From positions 1-64,000 of the forward strand of contig JANPLN010000015.1 of assembly GCA_031426555.1 (NCBI GenBank): a stretch of 64,000 bases of DNA. Direction: 5' to 3'. Under the pieces are notes generated by a model, which was given only the letters and a program-made list of their open reading frames with translations, was not told the origin of the DNA and did no database searches. This stretch comes from Bdellovibrionales bacterium (GTDB lineage: Bacteria > Bdellovibrionota > Bdellovibrionia > Bdellovibrionales > JAGQZY01). A program made the translations under genes and the position numbers. Shown in pieces: positions 50,928-60,455 of this stretch (position 1 is its first letter; each line of letters starts with the position of its first letter).

Positions 50928-52295
50928 GTGCTACATAAAATGAAAAACCAAATTAATCTTGAAGCCGAAGTCCAAAAGTTGGTCCAAAAAGTGATGAAAG
51001 AAACCGAAACCATCAACGACGTGCGTGGGCCGCAGGAAGATCTCACTGAAGAGTACAAAAAACTTCTCGACGAAATTGGTAAATATCGCGGACGCCCTCT
51101 GTACTGGTCGTACATTGGCAGTGGTCTTGGCAACGGACCCTACGTTCAGTGTCAAGATGGAAGCGTCAAGTTAGATTTAATTAACGGCATTGGTGTGCAT
51201 CTTTTAGGGCATTCCCATCCGCGCGTTCTTGCTGCCGGTGTTCATGGCGCCCTTCAGGACACCGTCAACCAAGGTCATCTCCAGCCGGGCGAAGAGTATG
51301 TGGAGATCAGTCGTAAGCTAGTGGGATTGGCAAAAAACAGTCGCTTAAAACATGTTTGGCTTTCAACGTGCGGAACAATGGCCAACGAAAACGCTCTTAA
51401 AATGGCGCGACAAAAAAACTCGCCAGCAAAATATGTAATTTCCATGGAAAATGCGTTCTCGGGTCGCTCTACAATGATGGCCGAAATCACCGACAATCCT
51501 GACTACAAACAGGGTTTGCCAGCGTACAACGAAGTCTTGCGAATTCCCTTTTACGACAAAACAAACCCGCGCAGCAGCGAAATTGCTCTCAGCGCTCTTC
51601 GCGAGCACATCGCAAAATTTCCAAATCAAATTGCTGTTTTTTGTTTTGAGCCCATGCTTGGCGAAGGCGGTTATCGTACTGCGCCGCTTGATTTTTTTAT
51701 TCCGCTTTTTGAAGAGTGCAGAAAAAACAAAATCGCCATCTGGGCGGACGAGGTGCAAACCTTTTTGCGGACCGGCGAGGCCTTTGCGTTTCAAACCATG
51801 GGCTTTGGTGAGTATGTGGATCTTGCTACAATTGCGAAAACCGTGCAGGTGGCCGCAACCCTATACACCGAAGAGTACAATCCCAAGCCGGGATTGATTG
51901 CCGGTACGTTTGCGGGAGCCACGTCGGCACTGTCGGCAGGAATTGCCATCCTGGATGAAATGAGTGAGGGTTATTTTGGGCCGCAAGGAAAAGTGCAAAA
52001 AATCCATCAAAAATTTATTCAAGAGTTTAAAAAAAGTATGGAAGGCGCGTGTCGCGGTTTGCTTGAAGATCCCGATGGGCTGGGGCTCATGATCGCGGTA
52101 ACGCCGTTTTCGGGCGACAAGGACAAAGTAAACCAATTGATTAAAGTTTTATTTAAAAATGGTTTGATGTGCTACACGTGCGGCAAGAAGCCCTTGCGTT
52201 TACGATTTTTAGTGCCAGCTATTATGCAGGACAAAGATATCGAAAAGGCGGTAAAAATTATCGAGCACTCAATTTTGGAAATCGCGAAAGCTTAA
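50928..52295 (+). CDS. Class III PLP aminotransferase (succinylornithine/AstC-like)
   Basis: LGHSHP, G..ANE.A.K, FSGRS, EP..GEGG, DEVQT, AK (PLP Lys); clustered with astA/astD. Confidence 0.88.
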   Translation: MLHKMKNQINLEAEVQKLVQKVMKETETINDVRGPQEDLTEEYKKLLDEIGKYRGRPLYWSYIGSGLGNGPYVQCQDGSVKLDLINGIGVHLLGHSHPRVLAAGVHGALQDTVNQGHLQPGEEYVEISRKLVGLAKNSRLKHVWLSTCGTMANENALKMARQKNSPAKYVISMENAFSGRSTMMAEITDNPDYKQGLPAYNEVLRIPFYDKTNPRSSEIALSALREHIAKFPNQIAVFCFEPMLGEGGYRTAPLDFFIPLFEECRKNKIAIWADEVQTFLRTGEAFAFQTMGFGEYVDLATIAKTVQVAATLYTEEYNPKPGLIAGTFAGATSALSAGIAILDEMSEGYFGPQGKVQKIHQKFIQEFKKSMEGACRGLLEDPDGLGLMIAVTPFSGDKDKVNQLIKVLFKNGLMCYTCGKKPLRLRFLVPAIMQDKDIEKAVKIIEHSILEIAKA

Positions 52296-52308
52296 AGACG
52301 GAGAGCGT

Positions 52309-53640
52309 GTGGACTTTTTATCAGCGGCCCAAAAGTTAATAGCCATTGATACGTCCCCAGAACAGGGAACGATCGAAGCTGTGCGCTTTTTGCAAGCTTT
52401 GGCCGAAAATTTTGGATTTTCTACGCAGGTTTCAGAAGACGTCTCCAGTGGAGTTTCACAGGCGAATTTATTTATCCATCCCAGCCAAAATCCGCAAAAA
52501 CTTTTGTTGCAAACGCATTTGGATACGGTGGACCCAGGCTCGTTTGCCCTGTGGAATAAGACTGGTTTTAATCCTTTTCAGGCGTCCATTCGTGGCGACA
52601 AAATTTACGGACTTGGTGCCGCCGACGTCAAATTGGACTTTCTTTGTAAACTCTTTGCAATGAAGAGAGCCAACTGGAAAAATTTGTCGGGCTCCGCTGT
52701 TCTTTTGGGAACTTTTGGAGAAGAAGAGCACATGCGTGGGGCGATAAAGGCTGTTCGCGAACGCCGCGTTTTACCGACGCCCGCGCTGATCGGTGAGCCC
52801 ACCGATTTACAGATTATTTATGCCGGAAAAGGAATTGCTCGGCTCGAAATAATTATTCCATTTGCGAGCAAAAACGAAGATGAGTGGGCGGGGGACGAAC
52901 TCACGGCCTCTACGCAAAGTAAAATATTTCAAGGCAAGGCGGCCCACTCGGCATCTCCCGAAACAGGCGAGAACGCCATCGTCAAAATGCTCGATTACTT
53001 AATTAAGCTGCCCGAATCCATCCAAGTGCTCAACGTTGACGGCGGAGTGAGTTTTAACACCATTCCCACTCAGGCGGCGCTGGAATTTGATTTAAGCGCG
53101 CAGAAGGCAGACGCCCTCGGAAAACAATTGCGTGAAATTTACGGAGCTATCACCGCGCTGGAAAGCGATTTTAAAAAGTATAGCAGCGCCGATTTTGATC
53201 CACCATTTTCCACGTTAAACGTTGGCAGTATTCGCACGGCCCGCGATCATGTTCGAATCACCGGGGCGGTCCGTTGGACCTCCGAAGTTCCCGAAGCTGT
53301 GTATGCGCAGTGGATGAGTTTTATTGCCGACACCTGTAAACGTGTCAAAGCTGTGTTTCGGATTCTCGACGTGAAGAAACCGTTTAGCACAAACCGGCAA
53401 AGTCCCTTTGCCCAGGACTGCATACACAGGATTCGCCAGCTTGGAGTTGCCGCCGAAATGAAAACACAGCCAGTGACCAACGAAGCCAACGTTCTGAGCC
53501 GCTTTGGTTTTGACTGTATTGTTTTTGGGCCCGGGCACAGACAATACAACACGCACACTCCCGAAGAGCATGTGTTGATCAAAGATTTACAAACGGCAGA
53601 AGATTTTTATTTAAGTATGATTGAAAAGGTGTGTTTATGA
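52309..53640 (+). CDS. M20 (ArgE/DapE-like) amidohydrolase
   Basis: HLDTV, G.GAADVK, GEE, GEPT, G..AHS, GPG, H...E. Confidence 0.9.
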   Translation: MDFLSAAQKLIAIDTSPEQGTIEAVRFLQALAENFGFSTQVSEDVSSGVSQANLFIHPSQNPQKLLLQTHLDTVDPGSFALWNKTGFNPFQASIRGDKIYGLGAADVKLDFLCKLFAMKRANWKNLSGSAVLLGTFGEEEHMRGAIKAVRERRVLPTPALIGEPTDLQIIYAGKGIARLEIIIPFASKNEDEWAGDELTASTQSKIFQGKAAHSASPETGENAIVKMLDYLIKLPESIQVLNVDGGVSFNTIPTQAALEFDLSAQKADALGKQLREIYGAITALESDFKKYSSADFDPPFSTLNVGSIRTARDHVRITGAVRWTSEVPEAVYAQWMSFIADTCKRVKAVFRILDVKKPFSTNRQSPFAQDCIHRIRQLGVAAEMKTQPVTNEANVLSRFGFDCIVFGPGHRQYNTHTPEEHVLIKDLQTAEDFYLSMIEKVCL

Positions 53641-54647
53641 GTTTTATTGTAAGAAGTATTCGCGAAGGTGATTTTGAAGATTTAATGGCGCTGGCAAAAC
53701 AATTCACACTCCTGAACCTGCCAGCGGACGCTAAAACCTTAAAACAAAAAATTAAACGCAGCCTGCAAAGCTTTGCCGGCGAGTTGGACAAGGAACAAGC
53801 GGAGTATTTGTTTGCCTTGGAAGATATTGAAGAAAAGCGTGTGATCGGAACCTGTCTCATCCTTGCCAAACACGGCACTGAAAAATTCCCGCATTATTAT
53901 TTTAAAATTTTCGAGCGAAAAAAACAGAGTCCCAATTTGGGCGTGGGGTTTATTCACAGTGTTTTAAGCCTTGGCGAAGACATCAGCGGTCCCACCGAAA
54001 TTGGCGGACTGCTTTTAGATAGAAGCTATCGCCGGCAGCCCATCAAACTCGGGCGCTTGTTAAGCTTGAGTCGTTTTGTGTACATGGGATTAACGCCAAC
54101 CTCGTTTGAGGAAAATATCCTTTGCGAACTCAGCCCGCCGTTGACCGAAGAAGGGCGAAGTGAATTTTGGGAGGCTCTGGGCAGACGATTTACTGGTATG
54201 AACTACCAAGAGGCGGATCGAGTGAGCCAGCAGCACAAGGGTTTTATTAAGACTCTGTTTCCCGAAGACGATATTTACCTTTGCCTTTTGGACTCCAGCG
54301 CCAGGCTGGTGATTGGCGAAGTGGCCGAGGAAACTCGCGGCGCCAGACATCTTTTAGAAAAAATGGGTTTTGTTTACAAGAACGAAGTGGATCCCTTTGA
54401 TGGAGGCCCACATTTTGGCTGTAAGCTGAAAGAGGTTTCCGTTATTAAAAAAGGAAAGATCGTTAAAGCGGTTGAGGGCAACAAAAAACTAATGCAAGAG
54501 GCGCTGCTTGGGTACGTTGAAGATGGTGAGTTCTTTTGTGCGCAGACGATTGTTTCTGTGGAAAAAGACACGGTCTCTGTGAATCTTGTGGGTAATGCAT
54601 ATTTAAAACAATTTTTGGGCAAAAACGTTTTTTGCTCGTTGCTGTAG
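53637..54647 (+). CDS. astA: Arginine/ornithine N-succinyltransferase
   Basis: LP.D...L..KI.RS, TEIGGL.L, G.LLS.SRF, FW..LGR.F, DPFDGGP. Confidence 0.92.
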   Translation: MSFIVRSIREGDFEDLMALAKQFTLLNLPADAKTLKQKIKRSLQSFAGELDKEQAEYLFALEDIEEKRVIGTCLILAKHGTEKFPHYYFKIFERKKQSPNLGVGFIHSVLSLGEDISGPTEIGGLLLDRSYRRQPIKLGRLLSLSRFVYMGLTPTSFEENILCELSPPLTEEGRSEFWEALGRRFTGMNYQEADRVSQQHKGFIKTLFPEDDIYLCLLDSSARLVIGEVAEETRGARHLLEKMGFVYKNEVDPFDGGPHFGCKLKEVSVIKKGKIVKAVEGNKKLMQEALLGYVEDGEFFCAQTIVSVEKDTVSVNLVGNAYLKQFLGKNVFCSLL

Positions 54648-54655
54648 GAGAAATC

Positions 54656-56170
54656 ATGGCTGTAAGTATTCCTTATTTGGGCGATTACATTCAAGGGCAG
54701 TTTATCAAGGTTGAAAGCGAAGATGGTGTCATCGAGTTAAAAAGCCCCGCGGATCTTGCCGAGTCGGTGGTCAATGTTCCCTATGTTTACTCCAATGTCG
54801 ATCGCGCCTGTGAGGCGGCGAGCAAAGCTTTTGCAGAGTGGTCGCAGCTCGCGCTCGCGACAAGAATTGATTATCTCAAAAAACTACAAACCGTTTTTGA
54901 AGAAAACAAACAAAAAATTTCCGAAGTCATTTCGCGCGAAACCGGCAAGCCGCAGTGGGAAAGTTTGACCGAAGTCGCAGCGATGATTAATAAAATTCCA
55001 ATCACCATCGACCAAGCCATGCGCCTGATCGAAGAAACCGTCGTCGAAAACGCGCTCCCTGGAGTGCGCGGGAAAGTTATCTACAAACCGCGCGGCGTGA
55101 TGTCGGTGGTGGGACCATTTAATTTTCCGGGCCATCTTCCTAACGGCCACATTGTGCCAGCTCTGGTGACTGGCAACACTGTGGTGTTTAAACCGTCGGA
55201 GTTTACCCCAGCCACGGGGCAGGTTTATGCGGAATGTATTCACAAAGCGGGATTCCCGGCCGGCGTATTTAATTTGGTTCAGGGTGTGGGTGATACTGGC
55301 CGAAGACTTGTTGAGCACGATCTCGTGGATGGAATTCTGTTTACGGGATCCTACGAAACCGGGCTTAAGATCAAACAAGGCACCATGAACCACTATTGGA
55401 AGATCCATGCCCTCGAAATGGGCGGCAAAAATGCCACCATCGTTTGGAATGATGCCGATATGGAAAAAGCGATTTACGAATCCCTCATAGGCTCTTTTGC
55501 CTCGGCTGGTCAGCGCTGCTCGTGCACCAGTCGCTTGATATTGCACGATTCCATTACGGGCGAGTTTTTAGAAAAATTTTATCAAGCGGCAAAAAAATTG
55601 GAAATCGGCTACTGGAAAGACAATCCCTTTATGGGCCCCTTGATCAATGCGAAATCCTTGGATACATATTTGCGCTTTCAAGAAATCGCCGTGCGCGAAG
55701 GCAGCGAAAAGATCATGCGCGGAAAACAACTCGAACTTTCGAAAAAAGGCTATTACGTTACTCCCAGTATTTATAAAATAAAAGATGTTAACAAAAACTC
55801 GGTGTACCAAAAAAACGAAATCTTCGGCCCCAATGTGGCGGTCTATACGGCGAGCGATTTAGAAGAGGCTGTGCAGATTAACAATTCAACGGGCTTTGGT
55901 TTAGTCACATCTATTTTCTCGAAAAATAAAAAGACTTACGAACATGTTGTGCAAAAGGCGCGCTCAGGACTTGTAAACTGGAACCGAACGACTAACGGGG
56001 CGAGTTCAAAATTACCATTTGGCGGCAGAGATAAATCAGGAAACGACCGACCAACGTCCACGTTTGCAGTTTATTACTGCACGGTACCTGTGGCATGCTT
56101 AGAGGATGAAACGCCCTTTGATGCTAAAAATATTTTACCGGGGATGAATTACAGTTCTGGAGGCCGATGA
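54656..56170 (+). CDS. astD: Succinylglutamate-semialdehyde dehydrogenase
   Basis: GPFNFPGHLPNGHIVPAL..GN.VVFKPSE, LEMGG, GQRC, TNGASS..PFGG...SGN.RP. Confidence 0.93.
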   Translation: MAVSIPYLGDYIQGQFIKVESEDGVIELKSPADLAESVVNVPYVYSNVDRACEAASKAFAEWSQLALATRIDYLKKLQTVFEENKQKISEVISRETGKPQWESLTEVAAMINKIPITIDQAMRLIEETVVENALPGVRGKVIYKPRGVMSVVGPFNFPGHLPNGHIVPALVTGNTVVFKPSEFTPATGQVYAECIHKAGFPAGVFNLVQGVGDTGRRLVEHDLVDGILFTGSYETGLKIKQGTMNHYWKIHALEMGGKNATIVWNDADMEKAIYESLIGSFASAGQRCSCTSRLILHDSITGEFLEKFYQAAKKLEIGYWKDNPFMGPLINAKSLDTYLRFQEIAVREGSEKIMRGKQLELSKKGYYVTPSIYKIKDVNKNSVYQKNEIFGPNVAVYTASDLEEAVQINNSTGFGLVTSIFSKNKKTYEHVVQKARSGLVNWNRTTNGASSKLPFGGRDKSGNDRPTSTFAVYYCTVPVACLEDETPFDAKNILPGMNYSSGGR

Positions 56171-57291
56171 AATTTCTAAAATGGATTTTAGTCATTGCAC
56201 TCGTCGTGAGTGCGTTTGTGGCCTGGCAAACTCAGGATTACTACAGCAAGTCCTTGCCGCACACGGCGTATCGAATCATCACAGTGACCGACAACGACAC
56301 TTTGCGCGAAGTGGCTCAACAACTTTACGACAAGGAAATGATCGGCTCGGTGGAAATATTTGTGATGTGGGCGCGGATTTTTGGCCATGATAAAAAGATG
56401 AAGTCGGGCGAATACGGGGTTGCTGTGGGAACCACCCTCAACGGCCTTTTTGAAATTCTCCGCAGTGGTAAGTCTTTGGGACATCGTTTGATCGTGCCCG
56501 AAGGAACCAATTTGTTCGAGATTGGGGCGAAACTCGAAGAACTCTCGCTTTGTAAAAAAGAGGACTTCTTCGCTCTCGCAACGAGCAAAAAATTTATAAA
56601 GTCGATTTTTCCAGAAGAGCTTACGTCGCTTGAGGGCTATCTTTTTCCTGACACTTATTTTTTTACGAAAATAGACGGCTGTCGAACCATCGCACGCCGA
56701 ATGGTAATGCGTTTTTTAGATAAGTTTAAAAAAATTGGTACGCGCCCTGGTTGGACGCGCCATCAAATAGTGATTTTGGCTTCGATCATCGAAAAAGAAA
56801 CCGGTGCTGGTTTTGAGCGACCCCAAATATCGTCGGTCTTTCACAACCGTCTGCAAAAGAAAATGCGCTTGCAAACAGATCCCACAGTTATTTACGCTCG
56901 ACTTCTCAAAACTGGTTCCTATCGCCTCAATATCACGAGGAGTGATCTGCTCGCGGATCATCCCTACAACACCTATAAAAGAAGTGGCCTTCCACCGGGG
57001 CCCATTTCCAACCCGGGAATTGAGGCTCTTGCCGCCGCCGTCCAGCCTGCCACCACCGAATATCTGTATTTTGTGAGTAAGAACGACGGAACCCACGTAT
57101 TTTCTAAAAACTACAAAGACCATTCGTCAGCCGTAACGTCCTACCAAATGGATCCAAAAGCGCGCGCAGGAAAGTCGTGGAGAGATTTGAGCAAACGAAC
57201 GGTTACAGACGTGGATGAGGGTCTTGGAAACGTGGACGTGCCGAGCAGCAAGGCTCCAGCGGTATTGAAACCTACGCGCAAATCAAAGTAG
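56167..57291 (+). CDS. mltG: Endolytic transglycosylase MltG (YceG)
   Basis: N-terminal TM, LEGYLFPDTY, ASIIEKE, LQTDPT, YNTY...GLPPGPISNPG. Confidence 0.96.
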   Translation: MKFLKWILVIALVVSAFVAWQTQDYYSKSLPHTAYRIITVTDNDTLREVAQQLYDKEMIGSVEIFVMWARIFGHDKKMKSGEYGVAVGTTLNGLFEILRSGKSLGHRLIVPEGTNLFEIGAKLEELSLCKKEDFFALATSKKFIKSIFPEELTSLEGYLFPDTYFFTKIDGCRTIARRMVMRFLDKFKKIGTRPGWTRHQIVILASIIEKETGAGFERPQISSVFHNRLQKKMRLQTDPTVIYARLLKTGSYRLNITRSDLLADHPYNTYKRSGLPPGPISNPGIEALAAAVQPATTEYLYFVSKNDGTHVFSKNYKDHSSAVTSYQMDPKARAGKSWRDLSKRTVTDVDEGLGNVDVPSSKAPAVLKPTRKSK

Positions 57292-57702
57292 ATAGAACTT
57301 TTTATTCTCTTTGTCGTGCTTGATAATCTTAAGTTCAGTTTCTAAACCTCGCCCCATCACTGGCACTATGATTTCATTTTCTGAATCAGAGTCCATGTCG
57401 GTGGCGAAAAGGTTGCCAACACCAGTTCTAAAATCATAGTGAAGGTCTTGCTGGTTTGGCAGTTCGAAGTGCGAGTGAAGGGTGAGCACGCCATCTTTGG
57501 TGCTGTAAATTTCGATGAGCACATCGTTGCCTTTGCTCAACTTTACAACTTTATAAGTTTCGGTGTCGTAGCGTATTTGGATGGCGCCCAAAACCTGGCG
57601 CGATGACTTTGGTTGGGTGAGCTGGGCGCGGGAGGAGAGCAGAAACACACTTCCCAAAATTGCGATTAAAAATAAGACCGACAGCTTAACGATGGAACCC
57701 AT
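57283..57702 (-). CDS. Hypothetical exported protein with one FG-GAP-like DxDxD loop
   Basis: Hydrophobic N-terminus; LFATDMDSDSENEIIVP. Confidence 0.65.
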   Translation of the reverse strand: MGSIVKLSVLFLIAILGSVFLLSSRAQLTQPKSSRQVLGAIQIRYDTETYKVVKLSKGNDVLIEIYSTKDGVLTLHSHFELPNQQDLHYDFRTGVGNLFATDMDSDSENEIIVPVMGRGLETELKIIKHDKENKKFYLL

Positions 57703-57731
57703 AGTGTCTTGTCGGCATTATGACCGGGGAA

Positions 57732-59087
57732 CTAAGGAGTCGTGCGATAAATTTTGAGTTCGACGCGACGATTGGCCGCACGACCTTTGTCGGAATCATT
57801 TCGATCCACGGGTCGGGATTCGCCTTTGCCTACACCTTCAATTTGCACCTGTTCTCCCAACGCACCTTTTAGCACGCGAGCCACGGAATTGGCGCGGCGT
57901 TGGCTAAGACCCACATTATACGCATCTGTCCCGCGCGAATCGGTGTGGCCCTCGACAATAATTTTGCGCAGAGTCTGCGTGTTGTTTTTAATTTTTTCAA
58001 TGGTGGGTTGGAAATCCCGGCGAGAAGCGGCCGTCATTTCATCCAATTTCGTATGGAAATTAATGGACGAAAGAACAATCACTTCGGTGGGCTGTTCTTC
58101 CTGAACAACCGTCGTCTGCTGAACAACAACGGGCTCGGGTTCTGGCGCCACAATCACGCGTTCACGGATGGGCCCCATCATCCACAGCATCCCTAGGTAA
58201 ACCCGTAGATCGGGGGACGCGTGGCCACGGTAAGCCTCTGTGGCGATACCTGCATGGGTGGCAATTTTGGGAGTGAGTTGATATTTAGCTCCAGCTAAAA
58301 CTTCTAAGTTGCTGTGCGAGCGGTCGGTGGCTACGGGAGTATTTTTGGTAAACGAGCTGCCAAAAACCTCAAAGATAAACGTGGTGTCCCATGGCGTATG
58401 CATATAAGAAAGCGCCGACGAGTAAAGAATTTGATCGGAAAGTGGAAGCACATCAGAAGTGGCGATGGCTTGCCCCTCATCGCGAAGCCGGTAGCCCAGG
58501 TTCACAGCCCACAGCATTCCGGGTTGAATCACATAATCAAAAACCCCTTCCACATTCCATGTGGGGCCAGAGTCAGTTCCGGAGAAGGGATTGTTTTTAA
58601 TGCGATCAAAATTAATCGAACCCACGACGGCGAGGGCCCAGTTTTCTTCGGCGTAAAATCGATATTTACTATTGAGGCGAATTTCCGTAAGCCCCTTGTC
58701 GTCGTAGGCGCCGAGTTGAGTGGAACTATCGATGTCTTGATTGAGAATGGTGGGCAAACTCAAGCCGATGTCCCAATTGTCAAAAATCCCGAGACCTAAA
58801 TTAAGATCTCCCGAAAGAAGCTTATCATTGGGTTCGGAAAATGTCTGACCACTTAGCGCTCCCGGCGCTTTAAAAAATGGCAGAGAGTTCATGGAGTAAT
58901 TGGCCCAAACTCCCAGGGCAAATTCTGCTTTAGGTAAAGTCTTTGTTGAGTGAACAGTTACAAAATCAAGACCACTTGTTGTGGGATTGAAATTTTGCAT
59001 GTGCGTGCCAACGACGTTGGCGTGGGCTTGGAAAATAAAAAGCGTAGCTACGAAAACGAGACAAGTTCTGACGGATCTATGGCGCAT
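57732..59087 (-). CDS. Outer-membrane beta-barrel + OmpA peptidoglycan-binding domain protein
   Basis: Signal peptide, alternating beta-strands, PEPEP linker, EGHTD...N..LS..RA, NRRVE. Confidence 0.9.
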   Translation of the reverse strand: MRHRSVRTCLVFVATLFIFQAHANVVGTHMQNFNPTTSGLDFVTVHSTKTLPKAEFALGVWANYSMNSLPFFKAPGALSGQTFSEPNDKLLSGDLNLGLGIFDNWDIGLSLPTILNQDIDSSTQLGAYDDKGLTEIRLNSKYRFYAEENWALAVVGSINFDRIKNNPFSGTDSGPTWNVEGVFDYVIQPGMLWAVNLGYRLRDEGQAIATSDVLPLSDQILYSSALSYMHTPWDTTFIFEVFGSSFTKNTPVATDRSHSNLEVLAGAKYQLTPKIATHAGIATEAYRGHASPDLRVYLGMLWMMGPIRERVIVAPEPEPVVVQQTTVVQEEQPTEVIVLSSINFHTKLDEMTAASRRDFQPTIEKIKNNTQTLRKIIVEGHTDSRGTDAYNVGLSQRRANSVARVLKGALGEQVQIEGVGKGESRPVDRNDSDKGRAANRRVELKIYRTTP

Positions 59088-59161
59088 AAAATCTCCTGAA
59101 GAGGAATCATATCTATGCGCCTAGAAACTTGCAAGGCTCGGCAATAAGAGCCGAAATCTGT

Positions 59162-60217
59162 TTAATCCGCGGGCATGCCGGGAAATGCATCGAGAAAGGT
59201 AGTCGTCATGTCGAGCCAATCACGATAGTCGTTAACGTTTGTGCCCCAATTGGGTTCAACACCCGAAGTGTCGGGATCTCCAGCAGCTTCGAGTTCAAAT
59301 TCCTCAACTTCATTCCATTCACGAATTTGCACGCGGATGCGTGCCACGTTTTCCTGGGCATCGTCATAACATGTCCAAGAGTAGTATGGACTTCCACGAA
59401 AGTCTGGATCCGCAAGCTTGAAGGCGGCGGGAGCTGTGCCGCTGTAGTAATTAGCATAGTAAAGAGAAGAATCACCATCAACAGCGGTCCTGGGATCGAG
59501 GGGAAATTCTTTATTGAAGCCAGTGCCTGAATAATAGTATTGCGCCATGGGCATATTGTCGTCTTCATCTTGAGTCGTTAGTTTAAGGCCAGCGCCAGCA
59601 GCACAGTTACCAGCCTTTCCGCTCCAACTTGCAGAAACAGTGGTGTTGGAGGTGGGTGTAATTGTTTGAAGAGTATAGTCTCCGTAGCAACAGTCCGGCC
59701 CGTCTGAGGAGCTGTAGTCATAATTGCAAATGGGAGTTCCCGACGAAGAAAAAATCCCAGGGCCGGTGATAGAGGATCCAGCCGAAATAAAACCTCCATC
59801 GGCATTAAAGTTTGCAACAACAACTGTCGGACCTGTTCCATGATCAAGTCCAAAATAAAAGTAGGGGGAATACGTAACATACTTGCACATTCCAGGTGGG
59901 GAATTCACCACCATCTTAATTCCGCTAGCCGCCCCCGCAAATTCTTCGACTTCCACGAGACAAGTGATGTCTTTATTTGCAAAACTGGTTTCGTTGGAGG
60001 CTACGGAACAGTCAGCAGTGAAATCACCGGCTTTGTGAATGAAATGATCGGTCCCTGTGGGATTGTTGATTTTTACGTTAAAGCCGCCATTGGCGTCGAT
60101 CACTCCTGGCACTACGGATCCGTTCGAAGAGGAATCGCTCTCGTCTTCACTTTCACAGCCCGCAACCAGAGTGAAAAGCGCTAGCAATAAACAAAGCGAC
60201 AAATTAATTCGTAGCAT
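59162..60217 (-). CDS. Cys-rich acidic lipoprotein, unknown function
   Basis: Lipobox LVAGC, Ser/Asp linker, 8 further Cys; AGGAG SD before ATG 60217. Confidence 0.82.
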   Translation of the reverse strand: MLRINLSLCLLLALFTLVAGCESEDESDSSSNGSVVPGVIDANGGFNVKINNPTGTDHFIHKAGDFTADCSVASNETSFANKDITCLVEVEEFAGAASGIKMVVNSPPGMCKYVTYSPYFYFGLDHGTGPTVVVANFNADGGFISAGSSITGPGIFSSSGTPICNYDYSSSDGPDCCYGDYTLQTITPTSNTTVSASWSGKAGNCAAGAGLKLTTQDEDDNMPMAQYYYSGTGFNKEFPLDPRTAVDGDSSLYYANYYSGTAPAAFKLADPDFRGSPYYSWTCYDDAQENVARIRVQIREWNEVEEFELEAAGDPDTSGVEPNWGTNVNDYRDWLDMTTTFLDAFPGMPAD

Positions 60218-60455
60218 GAATGCTCCTTTTAGAGGATGAACCACTTTTTATTTTAGAAAATTGCCCAGAGAAGAGTATTGAAATGCAGCGAGCAAGGCTA
60301 AATCCAGACACTCGGCAGATCTAGTGAGGACTGTTTTTGCCCTAAAAAACTCAAACCGAGCCCCAAATTGTCACTAAATACACAAGGAATCTAATAGGTT
60401 AGATATTGGCCGGCACGGATCTTGTAAAGAAGTGGAAGGGAAGAGGTTTTTAAAT

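Noticed and set aside
50891..51133. Extended 338-aa version of the TPR-SH3 ORF
   Set aside because: Overlaps the aminotransferase antisense; signal peptide and promoter support a start at 50890
54884..55546. 220-aa antisense ORF in astD, and the many other 60-160-aa antisense/alternate-frame ORFs in atp, nuo, mfd, lon and groEL
   Set aside because: Nested in well-supported genes, no motifs; expected from codon bias
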